A DNA stretch of 64,000 bases. Source: Alphaproteobacteria bacterium. GTDB lineage: Bacteria > Pseudomonadota > Alphaproteobacteria > GM7ARS4 > G965262615. The DNA is taken from assembly GCA_965262615.1 (NCBI GenBank), contig OZ253545.1:160001-224000 (forward strand). Direction: 5' to 3'. Below are positions 39,587 through 49,759 of this stretch, piece after piece. The position numbers and the translations under genes are program-made. How positions within the stretch are numbered: the stretch's first letter is position 1; every line of letters starts with the position of its first letter. Below the pieces are notes generated by a model, which made no database searches, was not told where the DNA came from, and saw only the letters and a list, made by a program, of their open reading frames with translations.

Positions 39587-41382
39587 TCCACCGTGACGGA
39601 TTTGGCAAGATTGCGCGGGCGGTCAATATCATTTCCTCGCACCAATGCCGTCTCATAGGCAATGCGCTGAATGGCAATGGCATACACAACAGGCGCGATA
39701 AACGGCGGCACTGTGGGAAGAATAACGCTTGCTTTTGTCAGATGCTGGGCTTGGCGCGCGCCCTCATCATCGGTGATGAAAATCAAATCGCCGCCGCGCG
39801 CATGAATTTCCTCAGCATTGGACAGAGTTTTGGCAAAAAGAGAATCATTGGGAGCAATGACAATGACGGGAACGCCCTCTTCAATCAATGCCAGTGGTCC
39901 ATGTTTCAGCTCTCCCGCCGCATAGGCTTCCGCATGAATGTAGGAAATCTCCTTGAGCTTGAGCGCACCCTCCGCCGCAATGACCCAATGAACCCCCCGT
40001 CCCACATACAGCACATAGGGCGATTGATGAATCAATTGAGCCACATGCCGCTCATTGCTGTCACGGCTCAACACATCCCCAATCAGAGCGGGCAACTGGG
40101 ACAGTTCTTGCGTGACGGCACTCACACAAGAAGATTTCTCGCGCGCCGCTGCCGCCTGCAGCACCAGCCACAACAAACACACCAATTGGGATGTGAAGGC
40201 TTTGGTGGAGGCAACGCTCATTTCTGTGCCGGCATGCGTCTGCAAAAGATGACTTGCCTCACGCGCCAGCGTGGATTGCGCCACATTGACAATCGCCCAT
40301 GAATCAATCTGTTCTTCTTTCATTTTTTGTTGCGCGGCGATGGTGTCGGCGGTCTCTCCCGATTGAGATATGAGAATACCCAGCACATCCGCCCCGCCCT
40401 GATGGCTTTTATAGCGATACTCCGATGCCACCTCGCACTGTGTCACCAACCCTGCCATTTCCTCAAAAAAGTAGGATGCCGCCAATCCCGCATGGTAGGC
40501 AGTGCCGCATCCCACAAGCATCAAACGCCGCAATGATTGCCAATCAATGGAGGGCGAATGAGCGGGCAATTCTTGCAAAACTTTACGCAAGACATTCTCC
40601 TGTTCAAAAATTTCTTTTTGCATGTAATGGTCAAACGCGCCCAAGCCCAAATGATAGCTTTGCACCCGCTCACTGGTCTTGGGCAATGGCACCGATTGTG
40701 TGTGTTCGTGTAGTTGCATGGCCTCAATGCCCAAGCGCATCCATTGGTCATCTTTGAGATACATCAGTCGGCTGATGGAATCCGGCAAGGCGATGGCATC
40801 GGATGCCATCGCCACCATGCCATCGCCCACGCCCACCACCAACGGCATGGATTTTCTCGCTCCCCACACGGTGTGTTCATCGTCACGAGACATCATGACA
40901 ATGGCGTATGATCCCTGCAAAAGAGCCAAAGTCTCGCACAAAGAGTCTTCAATGCTCGCCTCACGACTTCTAAAATGATGCAATAAATGCACAATGATTT
41001 CAGAATCGGTCTCACTGCGAAGTTCAAGGGGTGCGTCTTGTTCTTTTTCTAGCCACCCCTTGAGATGAGCGGCATTTTCAATAATGCCATTGTGCACGAT
41101 GGCAAACGAACCCGACACATGAGGATGAGCGTTTTGCTCACTGACTTTGCCATGAGTCGCCCAACGGGTGTGACCAATTCCCACATGGCCTTTGGCGACA
41201 CGAGGCTCAATGGTTTGTGTCAAATGCTTCACACTGCCCACAGCGCGATGGCACATGATGTCACCTTGATGCAACAAGGCGATGCCTGCCGAATCGTAGC
41301 CGCGATACTCCATGCGCGCCATGCCTTGCAGCAACGGCTGCCAGACATCATGGCTGTTGATCATCGCAATAAGGCTACACAC
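39583..41382 (-). CDS. glmS: Glutamine--fructose-6-phosphate aminotransferase
   Basis: GTG-Cys start, EYRGYDSAG, GHTRWATHG, SQSGET and PRNLAKSVTVE. Confidence 0.96.
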   Translation of the reverse strand: MCSLIAMINSHDVWQPLLQGMARMEYRGYDSAGIALLHQGDIMCHRAVGSVKHLTQTIEPRVAKGHVGIGHTRWATHGKVSEQNAHPHVSGSFAIVHNGIIENAAHLKGWLEKEQDAPLELRSETDSEIIVHLLHHFRSREASIEDSLCETLALLQGSYAIVMMSRDDEHTVWGARKSMPLVVGVGDGMVAMASDAIALPDSISRLMYLKDDQWMRLGIEAMQLHEHTQSVPLPKTSERVQSYHLGLGAFDHYMQKEIFEQENVLRKVLQELPAHSPSIDWQSLRRLMLVGCGTAYHAGLAASYFFEEMAGLVTQCEVASEYRYKSHQGGADVLGILISQSGETADTIAAQQKMKEEQIDSWAIVNVAQSTLAREASHLLQTHAGTEMSVASTKAFTSQLVCLLWLVLQAAAAREKSSCVSAVTQELSQLPALIGDVLSRDSNERHVAQLIHQSPYVLYVGRGVHWVIAAEGALKLKEISYIHAEAYAAGELKHGPLALIEEGVPVIVIAPNDSLFAKTLSNAEEIHARGGDLIFITDDEGARQAQHLTKASVILPTVPPFIAPVVYAIAIQRIAYETALVRGNDIDRPRNLAKSVTVE

Positions 41383-42694
41383 GATTTTTTCTCTTTTTAT
41401 TGAGTTGTGGCGCACGCGCAATGGCGAGATGATTGTGATTCACATCCTGCGTGATGACACTGCCCGCGCCCACCACCGCACCATCGCCGATGGTGACGGG
41501 AGCAATCAATGATGCATGAGACCCCACAAACGCCTGTGCGCCAATGTGAGTCTCGTGTTTATTCCTGCCATCGTAGTTGCATGTGATGACGCTCGCGCCA
41601 ATGTTGCTGCTCGCGCCAATGGTGCAATCTCCCAGATAGCTCAAGTGCGCGGCTTTGACCTCTTCATCCATCTTTACATTCTTGCCTTCCACAAAATTGC
41701 CAATGCGTGAGGCGCGTCCAATGGTGGAATGACCGCGCAGACGGGCAAAAGGTCCAATCTCGCAGTGTTCGCCAATATGCACATCGGCGAGATGACAAAA
41801 AGAATGAATCGTGACATTCTGCTCACACACCACGCCTTGTCCCATAAACACAAAGGGATGCACAACAACGCCCGACCCCCACTGGGTATCGGCGGCAAGA
41901 GAAACCAATTGCGGTTGTGGCATCATGACATGATGCTGACTCGCTCGCAATCGCTGTTGCATCAGGGTTTCGGCTTGCTGCCATTGATTGATGTCATTGA
42001 CTCCTTGCACGATGTCTTCGTCCCCCTCGCACAGTGTCAGTGCATAATCGGATTGTTGCGCCAACAGACTGATCACTTGCGTGAGATAATACTCCCCCGT
42101 CACGGGGCTGGGGGTGATGTCATTCATCACCCGATGTAAGCGACTCCCCGCCACCATCATGATGCCGGCATACACAAGGGGGATTGTTCTGCTTTTGTCA
42201 TCACAGTCTTTTTCCTCAATAATGGCGACTGCCTTGCCGCGTTTGTCACACATGACTCGTCCATATCCCACATTGGAGCGCGGTGTCATGACCGCCAGCA
42301 CGCCGTTTGTCGCCGATGATTCACTCACAAGGCGCGTTAAAAAATCACTGGTGATGAGAGGCATATCGGTGGGCACGATGAGAACATCATTGATGCCGTG
42401 ATGCTCAGTGATGGCGGCAAGTCCTGTCTGCACGGCATCCGCCGTTCCTTGTGGTGATGGCTGAACGGCAATCACATCGCCTTGTGTGCCATATTCTTGT
42501 TCCATGCGTGATTGGTCATCGGGATGACAGACAATGACAATGCTCTGTGGCGGGTTTGTCATGCCCAACAGTGCTTGACGCACATGCCAAATCATGGGAC
42601 ACGCCGCCAGAGGAACGAAGGCTTTGCCGCGTCCACCACTCAGACGCTGCCCGCGCCCTGCCGCCAAAATCATTGCTGCGTAAGGAGATGCCAT
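41375..42694 (-). CDS. glmU: Bifunctional GlmU
   Basis: LAAGRG.R, GTADAV, GYGR, EYYLT, IGPFARLR, HLSYLGD and CNYDG. Confidence 0.95.
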   Translation of the reverse strand: MASPYAAMILAAGRGQRLSGGRGKAFVPLAACPMIWHVRQALLGMTNPPQSIVIVCHPDDQSRMEQEYGTQGDVIAVQPSPQGTADAVQTGLAAITEHHGINDVLIVPTDMPLITSDFLTRLVSESSATNGVLAVMTPRSNVGYGRVMCDKRGKAVAIIEEKDCDDKSRTIPLVYAGIMMVAGSRLHRVMNDITPSPVTGEYYLTQVISLLAQQSDYALTLCEGDEDIVQGVNDINQWQQAETLMQQRLRASQHHVMMPQPQLVSLAADTQWGSGVVVHPFVFMGQGVVCEQNVTIHSFCHLADVHIGEHCEIGPFARLRGHSTIGRASRIGNFVEGKNVKMDEEVKAAHLSYLGDCTIGASSNIGASVITCNYDGRNKHETHIGAQAFVGSHASLIAPVTIGDGAVVGAGSVITQDVNHNHLAIARAPQLNKKRKNRV

Positions 42695-42796
42695 AAAAAC
42701 CGCTTCTAACACATTCTTTTTGCCAAAAAAAAGCAGACAAAAGTTACATTCTGTAATGATTGCATCACCCATTTTTGCGGTTTAGGATGACCCATA

Positions 42797-43105
42797 ATGA
42801 TTCGAACCCTGCTGATAGCCATCCTTGTTCCTGTGGGCATCGCCTTGCTGCGTCAGGTGGTGTATGAGCGGCTCGCCGCAGGCATGGCACAAAAAAGACG
42901 CAAACAGACGCGCTCACATGGCACATCCGCCATGACGCGCGAGGAAGCCCTTGCCACACTGGGAATCACCGATGCCCGCCCTTCCCATGAGGATATTGAT
43001 GCAGCATGGCGGCATCTCATGCGCGGTGTGCATCCCGATAGCGGCGGCAGCGCATTGCTCGCCCAGCGACTCAATGAGGCGCGCCACATTCTCAAAAACT
43101 CATGA
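42797..43105 (+). CDS. Small membrane-anchored DnaJ-domain protein
   Basis: N-terminal TM; MTREEAL..LG...HPD.GGS..LA.RLNEAR. Confidence 0.88.
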   Translation: MIRTLLIAILVPVGIALLRQVVYERLAAGMAQKRRKQTRSHGTSAMTREEALATLGITDARPSHEDIDAAWRHLMRGVHPDSGGSALLAQRLNEARHILKNS

Positions 43106-44013
43106 CACACCCCCTGCGCCATCTCATTCTTCCGATGGCGGGCAGAGCCACCCGCCTCATGCCTCTCACCAAAGCGGTCAATAAGGCACTGCTGCCGGTT
43201 TATCATAAGCCGGTGTTGCAGTATGCTCTTGATGAGGCAAGCGTCACCGATCTTGACCAGCTGATTTTTGTCATCTCGCCCGAGGATCGCTCCATTGAAG
43301 ATTATTTTCGCCCCGATGATACCCTCATTGAAAAACTGCAAAGCCAACAAACCCCTCAAGCCAACGAGGCTCTGGCAGTGTTCGCCGCGCATGATTCGTG
43401 GCACTGCCATTATGTGCCTCAACCCCAGCCCACAGGCTTGGGAGATGCCGTGTTGCGCGGATGGCGGGCAGATGTCCCCCATGTCGCCGTGATTTTATCC
43501 GATGACCTGATTCTCACCGATGCCCAATCCCCTCTGCAAACAATGATGCAAGCCCATCACGCCACCAATGGCGCGATTATCTTGCTGTGCGAGGAGGTCT
43601 CCCTTGATGTGATTTCTCGCTACGGCGTGATTGCTCCTGCCGCCCATTCTCACGATGACCCGATTGCCGTCACCTCCCTTGAGGTGATTTCTCGCTACGG
43701 CGTGATTGCTCCCACCGCCCATTCTCACGATGACCTGATTGCCGTCACCTCCCTTGTGGAAAAACCCGTCCCCGCCGAAGCTCCCAGTCGCTTGGCGGTG
43801 ATTGGTCGGTATGTTTTGCCACGAGCGGTGCGGGATTGTTTGCAAAAAACGGAAGCGGGAGCGGGAGGGGAGATTCAGCTGACCGATGCCATCAATGATG
43901 CCATCGCTCACGGCACACCCGCCTTTGCCGTGACCCTTGAAGGAACGCGCTACGATTGCGGCTCTCTATCGGGATTGATGGCTGCCGCTCACGCCGTCCA
44001 ACAACAATCATGA
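43102..44013 (+). CDS. galU: UTP--glucose-1-phosphate uridylyltransferase with internal 25-aa duplication
   Basis: P.AG.ATR..P.TKA..K, GLGDAV, VEKP, IGRY, GEIQLTDA and RYDCG. Confidence 0.92.
   Translation: MTHPLRHLILPMAGRATRLMPLTKAVNKALLPVYHKPVLQYALDEASVTDLDQLIFVISPEDRSIEDYFRPDDTLIEKLQSQQTPQANEALAVFAAHDSWHCHYVPQPQPTGLGDAVLRGWRADVPHVAVILSDDLILTDAQSPLQTMMQAHHATNGAIILLCEEVSLDVISRYGVIAPAAHSHDDPIAVTSLEVISRYGVIAPTAHSHDDLIAVTSLVEKPVPAEAPSRLAVIGRYVLPRAVRDCLQKTEAGAGGEIQLTDAINDAIAHGTPAFAVTLEGTRYDCGSLSGLMAAAHAVQQQS
43599..43756 (+). repeat. In-frame 75-bp tandem duplication bounded by CTCCCTTG
   Basis: CTCCCTTG at 43599, 43674 and 43749; SL(D/E)VISRYGVIAP(A/T)AHSHDD(P/L)IAVT twice. Confidence 0.95.
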
Positions 44014-45401
44014 GCGCGCCCTTTCACCTGCCGCCTCACATCGTCCGCAGCTACGACATCAGGGGCATTGCGGAAACTGAGATCAACAATGACACCGCCA
44101 CCCATATCGGACGCGCCTTTGCCCATTGCGTCACCCAAAACGGCGGCTCGTGCATCACCGTGGGCTATGACGGCAGACATTCCTCACCATCGCTGGTGCA
44201 TCATTTTACCCAAGGCGTGCTGGATGGCGGCGTGGATGTCATCACCATCGGTCTGGGACCCTCGCCCATGCTGTATTACAGCGTTTATCATCTCAATGTG
44301 GATGGCGGCGTGATGGTGACGGCATCCCACAATCCCCCCGCCTACAATGGATTCAAATTCATGCTGGGAAAACAGAGTTTCTACGGCGAATCCTTGCAGC
44401 AATTGGCGCGTCTTTTGGCTCAAGGCTTGCCGGATGCAAAAAAACGAGGAACGCAGCGGCAGCATCCTCTGCAACAAGACTACGCCACCATGCTGGCGCG
44501 CCATGCGTGCGATGCCTCCTTCACCAGCGTGTGGGATGGTGGCAATGGCGCGGTGGGGTCGGTTCTGCCGCTTTTGTTGCCGCGCCTTGCGGGGCATCAT
44601 CATCCACTGCATGAGGCGGTGGATGGCGACTTTCCCAATCATCACCCCGACCCCACCGTCATTGAGAATATGCGTGATGTGATGGCGGCGGTGCGTCATC
44701 ACAGTGGCGATGTGGGCTTTGCCTTTGACGGTGATGGCGACCGCTTGGGAGTCGTCACAGGCAGTGGACGCATGATTCCGCACGATGCCCTTGCCGCACT
44801 GCTGGCACGAGGAGTGCTCAAGGAACGCGGCACAGGAATCATCCTTGCCGACATCAAGGCTGGATTTGTCGTGCGTCATGAGGTGGAGCGGTGCAATGGA
44901 ACACTAGAGCTCACCCCCAGCGGACACTCCATCATCAAGGAGCGATTGCATCAAACCCATGCCTTGTTTGCCGCCGAAATGAGCGGGCACATCTTTTTCA
45001 CCGACCCCTATTACGGATTTGATGATGCCCTCTATGCCGCCATCCGCTTTCTTCATCTTCTCCACAGTGAGCAAAAAACCAGCGATCAATTGCTGGACGA
45101 ATGTCTCACCACCCATCATTCCGGTGAGGTGCGTCTTGAATGTGATGGCGAGCAAAAACAACGCGCTCTTGCCTGCGCGCGCGACCAAGCTGAAAAATCT
45201 CGCGCCACCGTCTCCACCATAGACGGCATTCGTCTTGACGACTCGGATGGATGGTGGTTGCTGCGCGCCTCCAACACTCAAGATGTCCTCTCTGTGTGTG
45301 TGGAAGGCAAAACCAAACAGGCGTTTGACCATCATGCCGCTCAATTGCAACACATTCTTTCGCTCAGTGGCATTGCGCACGAGCCGTTTTCCTCCCGATG
45401 A
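44010..45401 (+). CDS. Phosphomannomutase/phosphoglucomutase
   Basis: YDIRG, TASHNP, FDGDGDR, EMSGH and RASNT. Confidence 0.94.
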   Translation: MSAPFHLPPHIVRSYDIRGIAETEINNDTATHIGRAFAHCVTQNGGSCITVGYDGRHSSPSLVHHFTQGVLDGGVDVITIGLGPSPMLYYSVYHLNVDGGVMVTASHNPPAYNGFKFMLGKQSFYGESLQQLARLLAQGLPDAKKRGTQRQHPLQQDYATMLARHACDASFTSVWDGGNGAVGSVLPLLLPRLAGHHHPLHEAVDGDFPNHHPDPTVIENMRDVMAAVRHHSGDVGFAFDGDGDRLGVVTGSGRMIPHDALAALLARGVLKERGTGIILADIKAGFVVRHEVERCNGTLELTPSGHSIIKERLHQTHALFAAEMSGHIFFTDPYYGFDDALYAAIRFLHLLHSEQKTSDQLLDECLTTHHSGEVRLECDGEQKQRALACARDQAEKSRATVSTIDGIRLDDSDGWWLLRASNTQDVLSVCVEGKTKQAFDHHAAQLQHILSLSGIAHEPFSSR

Positions 45402-46054
45402 CGAAAAAATCCGCCTCATCCAAACGCTGGCTGCAACGACAGCGTCGGGACATCTACACAAAAAAAGCCGTGCAACGCAATCTGCCCTCACGGGCTTCCT
45501 TCAAACTGACCGCCATCAATGACCAGTACCGATTGTTTGACCGTGCTCATCTCATCATAGAACTGGGAGCAAGCCCTGGCGGATGGTCTCATGTCATCAC
45601 GAATGCTCTGGCACGAAATGGTCATCTCATCGCCATTGATCGCCTTGCCATGCGTCATAGCTCGCCCCACATGACTTTTATTCACAGCGACATCACCGAT
45701 GACAATCTGCACGCCACAATCAAAACCATTTTGCACAATCGCAAAGCCGATGGCATCGTCTCCGACTTATCCCCCAACATCAGTGGCATCAGAGACAAGG
45801 ATCATGACGCACAAATGGTGCTGTGTCGCTTGGCACTTCATTGGGCTCGGCTGTATCTTGCTGAAAACGGCTTTCTTTTGACAAAAGTCACGCAAGGGGC
45901 TCAATTGGCGGCGTGGCTGGACGAATTGAAGGTTTGTTTTCGCCATCGGTGTCTCATCAAGCCCGCCGCCAGCCGTGCCGCATCGCGTGAGCAATATATG
46001 CTGGCGCGCGCCTTCACACCATCGGCAAAGCGTGGCAAAGTGGATGAATCATGA
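45398..46054 (+). CDS. rlmE: 23S rRNA Um2552 methyltransferase
   Basis: SS.RWL.RQ..D, SRA.FKL, LGASPGGWS, SD.SPN and KP.ASR..SRE.Y. Confidence 0.94.
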   Translation: MTKKSASSKRWLQRQRRDIYTKKAVQRNLPSRASFKLTAINDQYRLFDRAHLIIELGASPGGWSHVITNALARNGHLIAIDRLAMRHSSPHMTFIHSDITDDNLHATIKTILHNRKADGIVSDLSPNISGIRDKDHDAQMVLCRLALHWARLYLAENGFLLTKVTQGAQLAAWLDELKVCFRHRCLIKPAASRAASREQYMLARAFTPSAKRGKVDES

Positions 46055-47250
46055 CGAAACCCTCCTCACACAAACTCAGCACCATCGCTGTTCATGGCGG
46101 ACAGCACCGCTCCCCCTTCATGGAAACCAGCGAAGCGTTGTTTTTGACTTCAGGCTATGTCTATGATTCCGCTCAACAAGCCGAGGATGCCTTCAAAGAA
46201 AAAGACCCTCGCTACATCTATTCTCGCTTTGGCAATCCCACGGTGCGTATGTTTGAAGAAAAAATGGCGTTGCTGGGTGGCTCTGAAGACTGCTGGGCGA
46301 CCGCCAGTGGCATGGCGGCGGTGTTTGCCAGTCTGATGTGTCAATTACAAGCGGGCAATCGCGTGGTGGCGGCGCGGGAGCTCTTTGGCTCGTGTGATTA
46401 CATCATTCGCACCCTGCTGCCCGCCTATGGCATCACCAGCGAACTGGTGGCGGGGCATGATATGGCGGCATGGAAAAAAGCTCTCGCGCAAAAGACCGAC
46501 GCGGTGTTTTTTGAAACCCCCTCCAACCCAACCCTGTCGCTGGTGGATATGGAGCAGGTGAGTCGCCTCGCCCATGATGCCGGGGCGATGGTGATTGTGG
46601 ATAATGTCTTTGCCTCATCGGCTCTGCAAAATCCCTTTGCGCACGGCGCAGACATCGTGGTCTATTCCACCACCAAACACATTGACGGACAAGGACGCTG
46701 CCTCGGCGGCGCAATCTTGGCAACCAAAGAATTCTGCCAAACCAAAATCAAACCCTTCATTCGCAACACGGGACCCTCCATGAGCCCCTTCAATGCCTGG
46801 GTCATGACCAAATCCCTTGAGACTCTTGCCTTGCGGGTGGAAAAAGCCAGCCACACCGCCGCCGCCATCGCCGACCAGTTGGCGCGCCATCCCGCCATCA
46901 CCACCATCTATCCTCATCATCCGTCTCATCCTCAATACCAGCTGGCACAAAAACAAATGAGCATGGGCTCAACCCTCATTTCTTTTGAGTTCAAGCCGCC
47001 TTTGTGTCACAAGCAAGCTGCCTACGCTTTTCTCAATGAGCTCTCTGTCATCCTCATCTCCAACAATCTTGGCGACTCCCGTTCCCTTGCGGTTCATCCT
47101 GCCACCACCACCCATCATCGCCTGTCGCAACAAGACAGGGACGCTCTTGGCATCTCCGATGGACTCATCCGCCTCTCCATCGGCTTGGAAGATGGCGATG
47201 ATTTGCTGGACGATATCAATCAAGCTCTCGCCAAAGCCACACAAAAGTGA
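46051..47250 (+). CDS. metZ: O-succinylhomoserine sulfhydrylase
   Basis: ETSEALFLTSG, YSRFGNPT, YSTTKHIDGQGR and ISNNLGD. Confidence 0.93.
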   Translation: MTKPSSHKLSTIAVHGGQHRSPFMETSEALFLTSGYVYDSAQQAEDAFKEKDPRYIYSRFGNPTVRMFEEKMALLGGSEDCWATASGMAAVFASLMCQLQAGNRVVAARELFGSCDYIIRTLLPAYGITSELVAGHDMAAWKKALAQKTDAVFFETPSNPTLSLVDMEQVSRLAHDAGAMVIVDNVFASSALQNPFAHGADIVVYSTTKHIDGQGRCLGGAILATKEFCQTKIKPFIRNTGPSMSPFNAWVMTKSLETLALRVEKASHTAAAIADQLARHPAITTIYPHHPSHPQYQLAQKQMSMGSTLISFEFKPPLCHKQAAYAFLNELSVILISNNLGDSRSLAVHPATTTHHRLSQQDRDALGISDGLIRLSIGLEDGDDLLDDINQALAKATQK

Positions 47251-47262
47251 TACAAAGACATC

Positions 47263-47661
47263 ATGATGGTCTATGAGAAAGAAACCAACGCAATCAAAGT
47301 CAGCGTCAGCCCCGTCTATCTTGAGGATGAGTCGGATCCCATTGACCATCACTATGTCTGGGCCTATCATGTGCGCATTGAGAACACCGGCAAAGAGACG
47401 GTGCAACTGATGAGCCGCACATGGAACATCACCGATGGACAAGGACGCATGCGAGAAATCAAGGGGGCAGGCGTTGTCGGTGAGCAACCCGTCTTGAAAC
47501 CGGGGGACAGCTTTGAATACACCAGTGGCACGCCTCTCATCACCGCCTCTGGATACATGGACGGCTGCTATCACATGGTGACAAAAAAGGGCAAACGCCT
47601 TGAGGTGAGCATCCCCGGATTCTTTCTGGAGAGCAATGAGCCCGCCCAATGGCTCCATTGA
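47263..47661 (+). CDS. apaG: ApaG protein
   Basis: QL.SR.W.ITD, G.GVVGEQP and YTSG. Confidence 0.95.
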   Translation: MMVYEKETNAIKVSVSPVYLEDESDPIDHHYVWAYHVRIENTGKETVQLMSRTWNITDGQGRMREIKGAGVVGEQPVLKPGDSFEYTSGTPLITASGYMDGCYHMVTKKGKRLEVSIPGFFLESNEPAQWLH

Positions 47662-47754
47662 TATGGCGAAACCCTCCCAACCCTCTCGCGAAAAAATGCT
47701 TCCGCCTGATCGCGGCGTTGATACGGCGCGCAAACCCTCCCAACCCTCTCGCGA
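47658..47754 (+). repeat. Imperfect duplication of the folE start region
   Basis: TTGATATGGCGAAACCCTCCCAACCCTCTCGCGA vs TTGATACGGCGCGCAAACCCTCCCAACCCTCTCGCGA (KPSQPSR twice). Confidence 0.85.
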
Positions 47755-48322
47755 TGAGGCACTAAAAGCCGTCCGCACCCTGCTGGCGTGGATCGGCGAA
47801 GATCCCACGCGCGAAGGACTCGTAGAAACCCCCCGCCGAGTGGTGGATGCCTTCACCGAATACACCGAAGGATTGCGTCAAGATCCTCGCAGTGTCCTCA
47901 CCACCACCTTTGGGGAGGTGAACGACTATGATGAAATCATCGTACTGCGCGATATTCGCTTTCATTCGCTGTGCGAACACCATCTTGCGCCTGTGACCGG
48001 GTATGCCCACATCGGCTACATTCCGCAAAAGCGCGTGGTGGGCATCAGCAAACTGGCGCGCCTTGTGGATGTTTTTGCCCGCCGCCCCCAAGTGCAAGAA
48101 CGACTCACCGCCGATATTGCAAAAACCATCAACGAAATCCTCAAACCCAAAGGAGTCGCCGTGGTGGTGGAGGCAACACACCACTGTATGGTCTCGCGAG
48201 GAATCAAGAAGCCTGGCACTTCTATGGTGACCAGTCAGATGCTGGGATTGTTTCGTGATAATCTTGCCACCCGTGAAGAATTTTTATCACTTATGCGCCA
48301 ACGGACGGCAACCAACGATTGA
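47663..48322 (+). CDS. folE: GTP cyclohydrolase I
   Basis: REGL.ETP.RV, SLCEHH, GISKLAR, QVQERLT and H.CM..RG. Confidence 0.96.
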   Translation: MAKPSQPSREKMLPPDRGVDTARKPSQPSRDEALKAVRTLLAWIGEDPTREGLVETPRRVVDAFTEYTEGLRQDPRSVLTTTFGEVNDYDEIIVLRDIRFHSLCEHHLAPVTGYAHIGYIPQKRVVGISKLARLVDVFARRPQVQERLTADIAKTINEILKPKGVAVVVEATHHCMVSRGIKKPGTSMVTSQMLGLFRDNLATREEFLSLMRQRTATND

Positions 48323-48328
48323 TGATCA

Positions 48329-49759
48329 ATGAATGGGCGTCCCATTCTCTACCTGTGTGGCATTGTGCTGACGGCGTTGGCGGTGCTCATGGTGCCGCCA
48401 TTACTAATTGATTTATTAGACCAATCCGCCGATTGGCGCGCATTTCTCGTTACCATTTTTTTCTCTTTGACATTGGGCATGAGTCTGATTCTCATCAATC
48501 GCGATCCGCAATTTGTCATTAGTCCCCGAGAAGCCTTTGTCATGACCACCGCCAGCTGGTGTCTGGCGGCGGCGGTGTCATCTGTGCCCTTTATGCTCAC
48601 GGCGAGTCAGCTGTCTCTCACCGATGCCTTTTTTGAAGCCACATCAGGAATCACCACCACCGGCTCTACCGTCATGACCAATCTTGATGACACCAGCCGC
48701 GGCATTCTGCTGTGGCGCGCCTTGTTGCAATGGATTGGCGGCATCGGATTTATCGTGGTTGCCATTGCCATCCTGCCGTTTTTGAAGGTGGGAGGCATGC
48801 AGCTGTTCAGTCTGGCTTCCTCTGACCACAGTGATAAAATCATGCCGCGTGCGGTCACCATCGCGACGCAACTGGCGTTGCTCTACGGATTTTTAACCTT
48901 GCTCTGTGGCATTGCCTTGTGGCTCTCTGCCATGCCCGGTTTTGATTGCGTCATTCACGCCATGACCACCATCGCCACAGGCGGATTTTCCAGTCATGAC
49001 GATTCCATCGCCTTTTTTCAAAATCCGCACGCCGAAATCATCATCATGGTCTTCATGATTGTCAGTTCCCTTCCCTTTCTCATGTATCTCAATTGCATCA
49101 AACAGGGCATGGCACCATTTTGGCGCGACGGACAAGCCGTCTCCTTCCTTTTGCTCAGCTGTCTGGCGGTCATCACCGTCATTGTGTTACGCAGTGACGA
49201 CCTTGAATCGTGGCGCATGACGGCATTTAACACCATCTCCTTTCTCACGGGAACGGGATATGTCACGGGCGACATCAGCCACTGGAATGATGCCATGGTG
49301 ATTTTGCTCTTTTGTTTGATGCTCATCGGCGGCTGTGCTGGCTCTACCACCTGTGGCATTAAAATGTTCCGCTTGCAGATTATTCGCCGCCAGACAAAAT
49401 CGCTGCTGCAAGGATTGATTCAACCTCACGGGGTTTTCGTGCCGCGCTATCAAGGACGCGCCCTGCCGGATGACATCACCCAATCGGTTTTGGGGTTTGT
49501 GTTTTTGTTTTTTATGTCCTTTGCCGTCTTGGCGTTTTCTCTGGGGGCGGTGGGATTGGACTTTCAATCCAGCATGACCGCCGCCGCCACCGCCATCGCC
49601 AATGTGGGTCCCGCCTTGGGAGAGAGCTTGGGACCTTACGATCATTTCGCCAATCTTCCCACCAGTGCCAAATGGCTCATGAGCGCAGGCATGATTCTCG
49701 GACGCCTTGAGCTCTACACCGTCATTGTGCTACTGATGCCGCGCTTCTGGCGATATTAA
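48329..49759 (+). CDS. trkH: Trk potassium uptake membrane protein
   Basis: FFE..SG.TTTG.T, QWIGG.G, IATGGFS, GGCAGST..GIK and GRLE. Confidence 0.94.
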   Translation: MNGRPILYLCGIVLTALAVLMVPPLLIDLLDQSADWRAFLVTIFFSLTLGMSLILINRDPQFVISPREAFVMTTASWCLAAAVSSVPFMLTASQLSLTDAFFEATSGITTTGSTVMTNLDDTSRGILLWRALLQWIGGIGFIVVAIAILPFLKVGGMQLFSLASSDHSDKIMPRAVTIATQLALLYGFLTLLCGIALWLSAMPGFDCVIHAMTTIATGGFSSHDDSIAFFQNPHAEIIIMVFMIVSSLPFLMYLNCIKQGMAPFWRDGQAVSFLLLSCLAVITVIVLRSDDLESWRMTAFNTISFLTGTGYVTGDISHWNDAMVILLFCLMLIGGCAGSTTCGIKMFRLQIIRRQTKSLLQGLIQPHGVFVPRYQGRALPDDITQSVLGFVFLFFMSFAVLAFSLGAVGLDFQSSMTAAATAIANVGPALGESLGPYDHFANLPTSAKWLMSAGMILGRLELYTVIVLLMPRFWRY

